Under the pieces are notes generated by a model. It saw only the letters and a list, made by a program, of their open reading frames with translations, made no database searches and had not been told where the DNA came from. Source: Candidatus Cloacimonadaceae bacterium (GTDB taxonomy: Bacteria > Cloacimonadota > Cloacimonadia > Cloacimonadales > Cloacimonadaceae). Taken from it: DNA of 64,000 nucleotides. Each line of letters opens with the position of its first letter. The stretch's first letter is position 1. Below are positions 9,563 through 20,302 of the stretch, piece after piece. The stretch covers positions 10,061 to 74,060 of the forward strand of contig JAUYAR010000094.1 in assembly GCA_030693415.1 (NCBI GenBank). Direction: 5' to 3'. The translations under genes and the position numbers were made by a program.

Positions 9563-10063
9563 ATGAACAAGATTTTCTTGCTAATAGTTATGCTAATAGC
9601 CGTAGCAGCCGTTTTTGCACAAAATCCCGTAGCAAAGGGTCAGACCCAATTCAACGCGGGTTTCGGTTTTTCATCCTGGGGTGTGCCGATATACTTGGGT
9701 TTGGATTATGGAGTACACAAGGATGTCACTATGGGTGGTGAGTTTTCTTTCAAGTCCTTCCGTGAAAAACTCCACGATGAACACTACAAGCATTCAGTAA
9801 TTGGGATATCCGGTAATGCCAATTATCACTTTAACCACGTCCTGAAGATCCCGAAAAACTGGGATTTCTATGGCGGATTAAACGTTGGTTTTTACGTATG
9901 GAACTCACCGGATGATTATGAAGGAACGCACACATCAGGTTTGGGACTTGGTGCTCAAATCGGCGGGCGCTACTATTTTACGGAAAGCATGGGCGTGAAT
10001 CTGGAACTGGGTGGCGGTAATGCTTTTTCCAGCGGGAAGATAGGTATTTCAATCAAACTATAA
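9563..10063 (+). CDS. small outer-membrane beta-barrel protein (OmpW/porin-family-like)
   Basis: 166-aa ORF with signal peptide MNKIFLLIVMLIAVAAVFAQ. Gly/aromatic-rich alternating strands (GFGFSSWG, GGLNVGFYVW, GLGLGAQIGGRYYF, NLELGGG). GGAG lies upstream of the ATG. Confidence 0.6.
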   Translation: MNKIFLLIVMLIAVAAVFAQNPVAKGQTQFNAGFGFSSWGVPIYLGLDYGVHKDVTMGGEFSFKSFREKLHDEHYKHSVIGISGNANYHFNHVLKIPKNWDFYGGLNVGFYVWNSPDDYEGTHTSGLGLGAQIGGRYYFTESMGVNLELGGGNAFSSGKIGISIKL

Positions 10064-10129
10064 GCTGCGCCGAACCCTTCGCAAAGCGAAATGAAGGTGT
10101 TGGGGTCTTTGGTCGGCTTTGAATGGAAT

Positions 10130-10159
10130 GCGGAGCCCGATAAAAAAACCGGACTCCGC
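10130..10159. terminator. hairpin between convergent genes (possible bidirectional terminator, no clear U-tract)
   Basis: GCGGAGCCCG / CGGACTCCGC form a 10-bp stem (one G-U pair on the minus-strand RNA) around an A7/T7-rich loop. It sits between the OMP gene (+) and gdhA (-). Confidence 0.4.
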
Positions 10160-10169
10160 AAATGATGCT

Positions 10170-11540
<1,371 letters not shown>

Positions 11541-11571
11541 CTATGTTTTATTTAATTTCCATCATGGTATT

Positions 11572-14514
11572 TCACTTGATTATGACGGCGTTCTTTCCGT
11601 CAAATAAAATCTTCAGATTCTTCGGCGCGCGCCGCACTTCAAAGTAATTTCCCTGAAACACGCACTCCTGTTCCGAAAGCCAATTCCAATTCATATAGTC
11701 GTTTACGGCTTTGTCCCAGACCGTGAGATAGCCAACGTTCATGCTAAAAAGATTGTGGAAAAAGTGGCTGCCGTGCGAGGCTTCGATGGACATGTTTGGC
11801 AGGACGACTTCCACAATGACCTGGGCGTTGCAGATTTGGCTCCAGTTTACCGGAATACCAAGAAAGCGGTCGCTGGAACCCCATCTGCCGGGTCCGATCA
11901 ATATATACTTCGTCTTGCTTTCGCGCATGCGTTGATTGATATTTTCCAGCTCGCGCGCCATTTCTTCAGTCTTGATGATGTTAAATTTCTCTGGAGGGAT
12001 ATAGATAACCGTTTCCAGTTCATCGTTGATCTCGCTGCCCAGCGCATAAGACGAGAACAACAATAAATCCTCGCGCTCCTCGGTATATTTCTCCAAGGGT
12101 TGTGAGTATTGAAGGATGTTCACGGAGATGGGGCGGATCTGCAAGAGGTGAAAACTTGCCAGACCGGTCTTGCCGTCAACGTCGAAGGCAAATTCCATCT
12201 CGATCTCGCAACCCAGCACCTCCCGCCCCAGATTGATAAAATCCATGATGATGTCTGCCAATGGAAACTGCTTGTAATGCAGAAGGTTGCGATATGTTAT
12301 CACTCTCGCACCGCGAGCATAGGAACCGGAGATGAATTCCTTGTTTTCATAGTCCCAGACCGAGGTTAGGAGGTTGAGATCAGTCTCATACAGTTTCTGT
12401 GAAGTTCGAATCTTGATCAAAGAGGCATCCTCCCCTTCGCGAAGGTCAAATTCAGTCACATCCGGGGCGATGGCATATAGATGACGCTGAGCACCTTCCA
12501 CGATGTCTATTGCACGAAACATATCCTTATTGGGATAGCGCGGACAGAAAGCGAAGGTGCGTTCACGCTCCACGGCAGTTTTTCCCAATCCGGTGGATAG
12601 GGATACGACTCCGTCCTCGTGTTTCATGTTTGTTCCGGGATAGTAATTGTAGGACTGCGCCACTCCGGAAACCAAAGGATAGTAATAGTCTCCGTGTTTC
12701 GAGCCGGCAACCTTTTGGATGATGATCGCCATCTTTTCTTCACGGGAAGGGATGCGTAGCGCTTCCCGATAGACGCGTGCGCTCTTCAGATACATAGAGG
12801 AATAGACCAGTTTGATCGCCTGTACCATTTGCTGGAGGCGGATATCGTGATTGGAATGACTGTTTGGGATGAGAAACGTTCTGAAAACTCCGGCGAAGGG
12901 ATTGGTGATTGAATCTTCAAGCACGGAGGAAGAGCGGATCGCAAGGGGAAAATCCGTCTGACGGATGATTTGGCTCAGCACTGCGATCGCGTTGGTTGGG
13001 ATATGGCAATTTAGAAATAGATCGTCTATCTCAGCGTCAGTTAAGGTTTCGTAGATACCGACGTCTTGCAGGACGGGATTGTTTGCCACGAACATGTCAA
13101 AGACGCCGGTGGCAAGAACAGCGGCGACAGGAACGGAGATACTTACTTCGGGATACTTTTCGCAGAGGTTGCTATAGCGGTTGAGAACGACATTGAGAAA
13201 AGCCAGTCCGCGGCCCTTGCCGCCGATTGAATCGTCTCCGATCTTATAGATCAGATTGATCTTAAAATCGCTTTCCTGGTTAAAATCTTGAATCTTCTCG
13301 CGCCGGCGGTAGGAAATCAGGGACTGGAAGGCTTCCACGATCCGCTCTCTCAAAATAGTGGGATCGTTGATCTCCGCAAAACGGGCAACATATTGGGATA
13401 GCACCGTTTCCGCGTGAGTACGCAACCAGTTTTGGATATGAAGATTGTGATAATGATAGAGCAGAGATTCATCCGGGATGACCGATAACTGGTGCATGAA
13501 ACCGATCAGGGTCTGCGCTTCGCCGATATTGCTTTGATCCGGCATTCGGAAGATGAATTTGCCAAAGCCGATCTCTGTTTCCAACCAGCGACGAAGCTGC
13601 ACTTTCAAGCCCGGCAGGTCTTTGTAGAGGAATTCACCTTCGTTGCTGGTGACGATATCCCGATACATGGGGTTGAAACTTTGCAGGAGGAAAGGCAGGG
13701 TGGGCTTGCTTTTTCGGATATATTGCAGTAGTTTCAAACCGGCATCGCGTTCAAACTCGCCACGATGGTGATAATTGACGTTGCTGATAATGCCGATCAC
13801 ACTGTCTTCATACTCTTGGTAAAATTCCATAGCACCCGCAAAATCATGCACAAGGATTATCCTCGGGCGGGCATTCATATACAAGGTTTTGTTCATGTCC
13901 TGGTGCTCTCTGCGGATAACGGCTTGATTTAGTTGCATGATCTGTTCATAGAAAAGCGGCAGGAATTGCGAATAGTATGGGATGAAAGTCTCAACAACGA
14001 GGATCACCGGAACGGGAAAAATGCTGTTGTCATGCGCGATGTTTTTGCGCTCCTCCCACAGTTTGATGATCACCAGAAAGAGCTTTGAATCCCCGTTCCA
14101 ATAGAACATATCGTCCACGCTCCGGAGTTCTTCGACGTGATTTTCGATGAACATCAGATCCTGTGGAGCTGCCAATAAAAAGAAAAGGGGTAGCTCCGGA
14201 TGTGTCTCTTTGATCACCCTCACCAGTTCCAGAGCGATTCCACGCATTGATGCAAGGTGCAGCACGATGATATCGATCTGCTCAAGCTCCAACAGGCTTT
14301 GAGTGCTCTCCATCGAGGAGGCGTGAAAAATGCTGGGCTGTGTGCTCAGATTGAGCAGATAAAAGTCCTCCGCCACCTGTTCGGCAAGGAAACCATCAAC
14401 CTCAAACACGAATGAATCATAGAGCGACGCGATCAGAAGAATGTGATGCACTCGATAGGGCATCATCTTTTCGAGGAGCTCGATCTCCCGCGACCAGTAG
14501 TTTGATGCGATCAT
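11572..14514 (-). CDS. receiver-like domains + PEP/pyruvate-binding (PPDK_N-type ATP-grasp) protein, paralog A
   Basis: 980-aa ORF. Two N-terminal CheY-like segments, a central GGKGRGLAFLN ATP-grasp motif and IRSSSVLED, and a C-terminal ILIGPGRWGSSDRFLGIPV...ASHGSHFFHNL block. No GGxTSHAA swivel-His motif was seen. Roughly half the residues match the adjacent gene (by eye). Confidence 0.7.
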   Translation of the reverse strand: MIASNYWSREIELLEKMMPYRVHHILLIASLYDSFVFEVDGFLAEQVAEDFYLLNLSTQPSIFHASSMESTQSLLELEQIDIIVLHLASMRGIALELVRVIKETHPELPLFFLLAAPQDLMFIENHVEELRSVDDMFYWNGDSKLFLVIIKLWEERKNIAHDNSIFPVPVILVVETFIPYYSQFLPLFYEQIMQLNQAVIRREHQDMNKTLYMNARPRIILVHDFAGAMEFYQEYEDSVIGIISNVNYHHRGEFERDAGLKLLQYIRKSKPTLPFLLQSFNPMYRDIVTSNEGEFLYKDLPGLKVQLRRWLETEIGFGKFIFRMPDQSNIGEAQTLIGFMHQLSVIPDESLLYHYHNLHIQNWLRTHAETVLSQYVARFAEINDPTILRERIVEAFQSLISYRRREKIQDFNQESDFKINLIYKIGDDSIGGKGRGLAFLNVVLNRYSNLCEKYPEVSISVPVAAVLATGVFDMFVANNPVLQDVGIYETLTDAEIDDLFLNCHIPTNAIAVLSQIIRQTDFPLAIRSSSVLEDSITNPFAGVFRTFLIPNSHSNHDIRLQQMVQAIKLVYSSMYLKSARVYREALRIPSREEKMAIIIQKVAGSKHGDYYYPLVSGVAQSYNYYPGTNMKHEDGVVSLSTGLGKTAVERERTFAFCPRYPNKDMFRAIDIVEGAQRHLYAIAPDVTEFDLREGEDASLIKIRTSQKLYETDLNLLTSVWDYENKEFISGSYARGARVITYRNLLHYKQFPLADIIMDFINLGREVLGCEIEMEFAFDVDGKTGLASFHLLQIRPISVNILQYSQPLEKYTEEREDLLLFSSYALGSEINDELETVIYIPPEKFNIIKTEEMARELENINQRMRESKTKYILIGPGRWGSSDRFLGIPVNWSQICNAQVIVEVVLPNMSIEASHGSHFFHNLFSMNVGYLTVWDKAVNDYMNWNWLSEQECVFQGNYFEVRRAPKNLKILFDGKNAVIIK

Positions 14515-14567
14515 GCGCTTTCCGCCTTAAACCTATATTTCATACACCTAATATCCACGCATCAAAA

Positions 14568-17540
14568 CTATTTACCGATCACCGCGACGCCGGTTTTACC
14601 ATCCATCCGCACTATCAGAGGATGGTCGAATTCCACATGGACAAAATAGTTCCCCCTTTCGGTGACGGGGCGCGCAAGCAACCATTCCAGATCGACAAAA
14701 TCGGTGCTGGAGACGAAAGGTATGGTGAAATATCCCACGTTCATCGCCACCAGATTGTGGAAGAAGTGCGTGCCCTGTGAGGCTTCGACGATGAAATCCC
14801 TCAAGCCCGTTTCGAGGATGACCTTGGCACGATTGATCTGGGGCCAGCGGACAGGGATGCCCAGAAACTTGTCTCTCGAGCCCCAACGCCCCGGACCGAT
14901 CAGGATATAACGTTTTCCCAGCCTTGCCATCTTTTCGTTGAAGCGCTCGATCTCTTCCTGCATGGGGAGCGTCATGGTCTTATCAAAGTTGTTTGGATCG
15001 AGATAGATGATATCCGTCAGATCGTTGATCACCCCGTTTCCCATGCCGTGCTCAGTGTACATGAGCAGATCTTCCTTGTCGAGGTTTTCCGTGTCGATGC
15101 GATAGGCATCGGTATTGACGGAGAGCGGTCTGATCTGCAAAATATAAAAGGTGGGCTTCTGATTGTAACGCGGATCGACGTCCAGATTCACGGCAAATTC
15201 GATCTCTACCGGGATTCCGAGCGCGATTTCTCCGATTTCGAGCAGTTCTCGCACGATCCTTGCCAGGGGAAATTGATTGTATTTTAGCACACCGGAAAAG
15301 GTGAGAACCCTCATCCCGCGCTCGTTTAGGTTATCCGTGAGCCGATAGTTTTCATAATCCCATACCGAAGCCAGATATCTCAAGACGCCATGCGATTCGG
15401 CATTTTTGAGATTCAGCTTCACTAATGTGATCTCTTCACCTTTTTTGAGGTCAAAATCGTTCATGGAGAGATCCAACACATAGTATTCTTTTTGTGAAGA
15501 CCGCATCATTTCCTGCTGGGGCAGCATCTCGGTATCTGGATAGCGGGGACAGAAACGATGATTGAGCTTGCCTTCGACTACGGATTTTCCCAGCCCCAAA
15601 GCGATATTGGCAATGCCGTCGATATGGGTCATGTGTCCGGTCGGATAGAAGTTGTAGGACTGAGCGACACCGGAGATATGAGGATAATAATAGTGTTCGC
15701 CTTTGAGGCAGCCGGCGACCTCCTGGATGATCACCGCCATCTTTTCTTCTTCGGCTTTGAAGTTCAGGGCTTCAAGGAAGTTGCGCGCGTCGGAGAGATA
15801 TACGGATGAAAAGACGAGTTTGATCGCATCCATCAATTGGCGCAAACGATGGAGTTTATCGGAGTGATTGTTGGGCAGCATAAATGTGCGATAGACTCCA
15901 GCAAGCGGCTGTGCCTGAGAATCTTCCAGCAAGCTGGAGGAGCGCACGGCTATGGGGTATTTGATTTGGTCGAGGAAGACCTCAAGCCTGTGCACGAGCT
16001 GCTCGGAGAGTTTTCCCTCAATGAATATTGAATCGATCTCCTCATCTGTCTTACCATGGATCTTTTCCACGATGCTGTTGCTCTCCACAAAGCGGTCAAA
16101 TTCGTTCGTGCCGATGATTGCCGTGCTGGGCAGGGATATTCCGACATTCTCAAATTTCTTTTCAAACTCCATCGTGGTGAGCAGCGCGTTCAAGAATGCC
16201 AAGCCACGTCCCTTTCCACCGAGCGAACCTTCCGTGAGCCGGATAATCTGGTTCATCTCGCTCAGTGACACGGCATCGAAATTGATGATCTTGCCGCGGT
16301 TTTTGTCGATGCGTACGGTGCGGAAGATGTGATGTAGAAACTGACGCACCTCATCCTTGCTGGCAAAATCGTCTATCTTCATCGGGCGGATGCGTTTGGC
16401 GATTTGTACTTCGCCGTGGGCGATCAACCAGTTTGAGAAATGATTGAATTTGCTGTGAAAGATCAGCGAATCATCTGGAACGTGCAGGATCTTTTCCTCG
16501 AATTCGGCGATGTTTGCCGCTTCGTTGATGATCTCACCGTCGCTATTGCGAAAGACGAAATTGCCGAAACCGAGATTATAGACCATGAAGTTGCGCAAGT
16601 CCGCAAAGAGATGTTTTGAGTTTTTATTCAGAAAGTTTACGCCAAGTTCCGTGGCGATCTCTTTGTTTTCGTCCTCCGAGGATTGAAGAATAATGGGCAG
16701 GTCTTTGTTCTTGGACATGATTTCTTTGATCAGTTTGATCCCCGCTTGGGCATGCACCTCGCCATTGATCTTGTATCGCACGTCCGAGATCAGGCAGAGC
16801 AGATAGTTCTTGTATTTCTCATATAGCATCAACGCTTCTTCATAATCATGCGCGAGCAGCACTTTGGGGCGGATGCGCATCCTCAGGCGTTTATTGATGT
16901 CGCTCACTTCCTCTTCGATGAGCCTTTGGGTTTGTTTCATGATCACGCTGTAGAGCGAAGGCAAAAACATTGAGTAATAGTGGATCGAATCTTCCACCAA
17001 CAGGATGACGCGCACCAAACCGTTCGCAGTATCAAACTCCACGTTCATCTGATCTTCCACGTTTTTGACCATTGCCAGGAAGAGCTTCGTATCTCCATTC
17101 CACAAAAACACGTCGTCGATATATTTCTTATCCTCGGGATGATTTTCCCAGATGATATAATCCGATGCCACATTCAATAACAGAAGCACCGGCAGGTCGG
17201 GCTTGAAGGATTTGATCTCCTTGGCGAGCTGGAAGGGACCGATATCACCGATGCGCATCATCGTGATCACGAGGTCATAATTGTTTTCCTTCAATTTCTC
17301 CAAGGCTTCGGTGCCGGTGGGCACGCTGGTGATTCGTGGCGCGGTACTCAGATTGAGCTGGCGGTATTCTCCAAAGATCTGTTCGGAGAGGCGTCCGTCC
17401 TGTTCGAAAATGAAGGCATCGTAAAAAGTGGAAACCAACAGAATATCCCGTACACGTCTTTGCATCAATTGATGAAAGATGTCCTCGCCAAATTTGAATT
17501 TATTGTAATAGTAATTCAGTTCTTCCATTTTCATGGGCAC
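14568..17540 (-). CDS. receiver-like domains + PEP/pyruvate-binding (PPDK_N-type ATP-grasp) protein, paralog B
   Basis: 990-aa ORF collinear with paralog A (GGKGRGLAFLN, VRSSSLLED, ILIGPGRWGSRDKFLGIPV...ASQGTHFFHNL). The second receiver-like domain keeps the acidic residues (LLVEDS, LISDVRY). Confidence 0.7.
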   Translation of the reverse strand: MPMKMEELNYYYNKFKFGEDIFHQLMQRRVRDILLVSTFYDAFIFEQDGRLSEQIFGEYRQLNLSTAPRITSVPTGTEALEKLKENNYDLVITMMRIGDIGPFQLAKEIKSFKPDLPVLLLLNVASDYIIWENHPEDKKYIDDVFLWNGDTKLFLAMVKNVEDQMNVEFDTANGLVRVILLVEDSIHYYSMFLPSLYSVIMKQTQRLIEEEVSDINKRLRMRIRPKVLLAHDYEEALMLYEKYKNYLLCLISDVRYKINGEVHAQAGIKLIKEIMSKNKDLPIILQSSEDENKEIATELGVNFLNKNSKHLFADLRNFMVYNLGFGNFVFRNSDGEIINEAANIAEFEEKILHVPDDSLIFHSKFNHFSNWLIAHGEVQIAKRIRPMKIDDFASKDEVRQFLHHIFRTVRIDKNRGKIINFDAVSLSEMNQIIRLTEGSLGGKGRGLAFLNALLTTMEFEKKFENVGISLPSTAIIGTNEFDRFVESNSIVEKIHGKTDEEIDSIFIEGKLSEQLVHRLEVFLDQIKYPIAVRSSSLLEDSQAQPLAGVYRTFMLPNNHSDKLHRLRQLMDAIKLVFSSVYLSDARNFLEALNFKAEEEKMAVIIQEVAGCLKGEHYYYPHISGVAQSYNFYPTGHMTHIDGIANIALGLGKSVVEGKLNHRFCPRYPDTEMLPQQEMMRSSQKEYYVLDLSMNDFDLKKGEEITLVKLNLKNAESHGVLRYLASVWDYENYRLTDNLNERGMRVLTFSGVLKYNQFPLARIVRELLEIGEIALGIPVEIEFAVNLDVDPRYNQKPTFYILQIRPLSVNTDAYRIDTENLDKEDLLMYTEHGMGNGVINDLTDIIYLDPNNFDKTMTLPMQEEIERFNEKMARLGKRYILIGPGRWGSRDKFLGIPVRWPQINRAKVILETGLRDFIVEASQGTHFFHNLVAMNVGYFTIPFVSSTDFVDLEWLLARPVTERGNYFVHVEFDHPLIVRMDGKTGVAVIGK

Positions 17541-17828
17541 ATCCTCAACTTCATAAATAAGCGTTCAGATGATAATGAGGTAAAAGTGGATAATATGTCA
17601 ATGAAAATAATGGAGGATTCTTTAACTGATATGGAGATAGTGAGTTGTGCGCGCAAGGGCAAAGTGAGTTAAACTTTTTTTACGGAGCATGATTACCGGC
17701 AAGCGAAGACATTCTATTACTTAAAGTCTAAGAAGAAATAATGAAACACATGACTATTATGAGGTTCGTTTGTTGCTGATATATCCCCTGTAAGTGAGTA
17801 TGGGTTTGTGTTTATTTGAAAAAATCCT

Positions 17829-19811
17829 ATGAGAGTTTCTCGTCTATTAGTGGATAATTGTGAAAACCTTGTCAATGTGTTTTCCAATATTACCGCGAAG
17901 AGTCTGCTCACCATCCTTGCTCATTTCAGTTCTGTGAACAATATCACCATGATGTTGATCAATACGATTAACCATGGTGAAAGCAACGAGATCACAGAAG
18001 TGTGTCAGGCAATTGCGGATAACGTATTCCTCTTCCAAAAGATCAACTTGCTGGGCAATTGGTATCCCACTATGCGGGTTACCCGCTCCTCAAGAAGCTT
18101 GCATAATGAGGTAACACTGCACGTTTATAGAAGACAAGACGGTTTACTGGAATTATTGGACAGCTTTTCCCTGATTAAAAACTTTGCATGTTCCGAACAT
18201 GCTTTGCTTCCCATCAGGATTTTTGCTCCAGGTAACTCGAAAGAGTTTATCCAGTTTATTTCCGATATTAGGTTTCAATTGGAAAGAACGAAACTGCTTG
18301 ATGATTTTGAAGTAGCTCATGCCAAAATTGATAATCAGGCTATCAAATCAGCCCTAAAACTCAACTACGGAACTATCAAATCCGGTGATGTCGCAACGGT
18401 CTCCACGATCAACGAATGGCACAATTACATCAAGGAAATGATCAGCGCCAGTTTATCACATCAGGATGTCAGCATAACGACCAAGCCCTATAGCATCTCC
18501 GATGTGTCGATCGTTCTGGATAATGAATCCGTGAAAGATGCCGTTACTCTGCAAATCATCCCCGGTCATTTATTGCACAGATACCTGAGCAACCTGCTCG
18601 TTATATCGGATTATATCAATTTCTACAATAACCCCGCGCTTGATTACAACAAAAAGTTCGCTGAACATTTCGTTACAGTAGATGATAACTACACCTCAAT
18701 AACATTTGAAACTGACAATCAATCTAGTCGCATTAAAAAATGCATCCTTGGAAAATCCTACTATTTTATGCATACATCCTCTACTAAAATAGCTTCAACC
18801 GAGGAAGAGGAAACATTTATAATCCCGGATATACTCTTCAATCCGGCAATTGATAGATACCCCACAACGGGTTTGTCCACCAGCCCGGAGCATGGCTATA
18901 AAATCAGGTTGAAAGACGTCAAAGAGCATGGGGGAAAGTATGCTTTGGTACTAAATTATGATGATGATGGCAAGCCAACCGAACTCTTTGAAGGACGTAT
19001 CGACGTAAGGGCATACCCGTTTTACATTGATCCGAGAATTGATCTGATCATCAGAAAAGGCAAAGATGTTTCTCCCCAAACAAAGGATAATTATATTTAC
19101 AAGAATCATTCTGCAGAGGACTACTTTGCCACATTTTGCGAATTGAATTCGGAAGAGAGGCAGCAAGAACAGCTTGGTGTTATTCTAACAAACAGCTATG
19201 AAAAGCAAAATGACCTTCTCTGTAATATCCAAGATTTAGGAGTTAACAAGACTATAGTCATCAGAGACTGGTATTCTGCACATCAGGAATTGATCAATAC
19301 GGTTTTGCAGAACCAACCTGATTTCTTTGAAGACTACCAAATTTCCTATGTTATACCAACCAAGTTTTTATATCAAACGTGGTATTTGGGTGTTCCCAAT
19401 ACCAGCCCAAGAAAAGACCTTGCCTGCGAGATAATGGTCAAGATGACAGAGCCGCATGATATGGAAACGCTGAAAATACTTGGCTTGGGAATACCTGTCA
19501 ACCGTCAAGCTTATGCTAAGAAAGAAAAAAAATACTTCCCCAGTTTGGAGTATGAGAAATTACTGGAGAAACTGAAAACTAGCAATGCCGTTCCAGTTTC
19601 CTATATGCTCTGCTATTACAAGCTTGTAACACCCATTGGTGGTGCGCTCCGGAATCTGGCGCTTGCGACAAAATCTAACAATAGCAAAGATAACCAAATC
19701 GGTATTCTGGTAGATAGCTATCTAAAGCTCAAGAATAGCCTATGCAAAAGCTGTCTGCTAAAGGGTGAAAGATGTCCCTTAACACAGCCATCCTCAAACA
19801 ACACCAAATAA
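17829..19811 (+). CDS. hypothetical protein (orphan, no recognisable domain)
   Basis: 660-aa uninterrupted ORF in a visibly AT-rich stretch. No signal peptide, TM segment or catalytic motif that I recognise. C-terminal Cys cluster CKSCLLKGERCP. No clear RBS before ATG 17829, so the start is uncertain. Confidence 0.5.
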   Translation: MRVSRLLVDNCENLVNVFSNITAKSLLTILAHFSSVNNITMMLINTINHGESNEITEVCQAIADNVFLFQKINLLGNWYPTMRVTRSSRSLHNEVTLHVYRRQDGLLELLDSFSLIKNFACSEHALLPIRIFAPGNSKEFIQFISDIRFQLERTKLLDDFEVAHAKIDNQAIKSALKLNYGTIKSGDVATVSTINEWHNYIKEMISASLSHQDVSITTKPYSISDVSIVLDNESVKDAVTLQIIPGHLLHRYLSNLLVISDYINFYNNPALDYNKKFAEHFVTVDDNYTSITFETDNQSSRIKKCILGKSYYFMHTSSTKIASTEEEETFIIPDILFNPAIDRYPTTGLSTSPEHGYKIRLKDVKEHGGKYALVLNYDDDGKPTELFEGRIDVRAYPFYIDPRIDLIIRKGKDVSPQTKDNYIYKNHSAEDYFATFCELNSEERQQEQLGVILTNSYEKQNDLLCNIQDLGVNKTIVIRDWYSAHQELINTVLQNQPDFFEDYQISYVIPTKFLYQTWYLGVPNTSPRKDLACEIMVKMTEPHDMETLKILGLGIPVNRQAYAKKEKKYFPSLEYEKLLEKLKTSNAVPVSYMLCYYKLVTPIGGALRNLALATKSNNSKDNQIGILVDSYLKLKNSLCKSCLLKGERCPLTQPSSNNTK

Positions 19812-20004
19812 GCCGAAGCCACAACAGATACTCAAATTGTATCTCAAGATAGGGCGGTTAACAACTCTGAAACGCCATCTTCGTGAAGCTCTTCAAGATG
19901 ATCTGCCATTTCGTTTTATCAAGAATCGAAACCCGATGTGCAAACTGATTGAAGGCGAGATGTGAATTCGATTTGAATGGATAAAACTCCATCAGGACGG
20001 GACA

Positions 20005-20086
20005 CCTTCCCCCTTTGCATTACGGTATCAATACGGACTCATTACGGACTTAGTCCGTATTGACTCCGTAATGCTCACGGGGAAGG
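20005..20086. repeat. 82-nt composite imperfect palindrome (three stacked stems, 29 bp total)
   Basis: Three stems: CCTTCCCC (20005-12) with GGGGAAGG (20079-86); GCATTACGG (20017-25) with CCGTAATGC (20066-74); TCAATACGGACT (20028-39) with AGTCCGTATTGA (20052-63). The apical loop is 12 nt. The motif AT(A/T)ACGGACT occurs twice direct and twice inverted. Confidence 0.6.
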
Positions 20087-20201
20087 ATAGGGTGAGATCG
20101 TGTAAACGATTCAGGGAGAGTATGATGCGGCACTACGAGGAAAAGCAGGGAATTATGGATTTGAAGGTGATTAATTTGCCATGCTGGAGGATACTCATGA
20201 T

Positions 20202-20240
20202 AAAAAAAAGAACGGGCACGATCATTGAGATCGCGCCCGT
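20202..20240 (-). terminator. Rho-independent terminator of the 1168-aa T9SS cargo gene
   Basis: On the minus strand: ACGGGCGCGATC, loop TCAAT, GATCGTGCCCGT (12-bp stem, one mismatch), followed by TCTTTTTTTT. Confidence 0.8.
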
Positions 20241-20302
20241 ATAGGGTCATCGATCATCGGACGAAAAAGCGGCAGCGCCATCCGCCGATGAAGTGATCAT
20301 AA

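Noticed and set aside
9032-9563. ORFs 9032-9214 (+, 60 aa) and 9270-9563 (-, 97 aa) in the intergenic region upstream of the OMP gene.
   Set aside because: The first reads through the hairpin and iteron repeats, giving a Cys/Ala-rich product of the palindromes. The second lies in AT-rich leader DNA with no RBS and a junk-like sequence.
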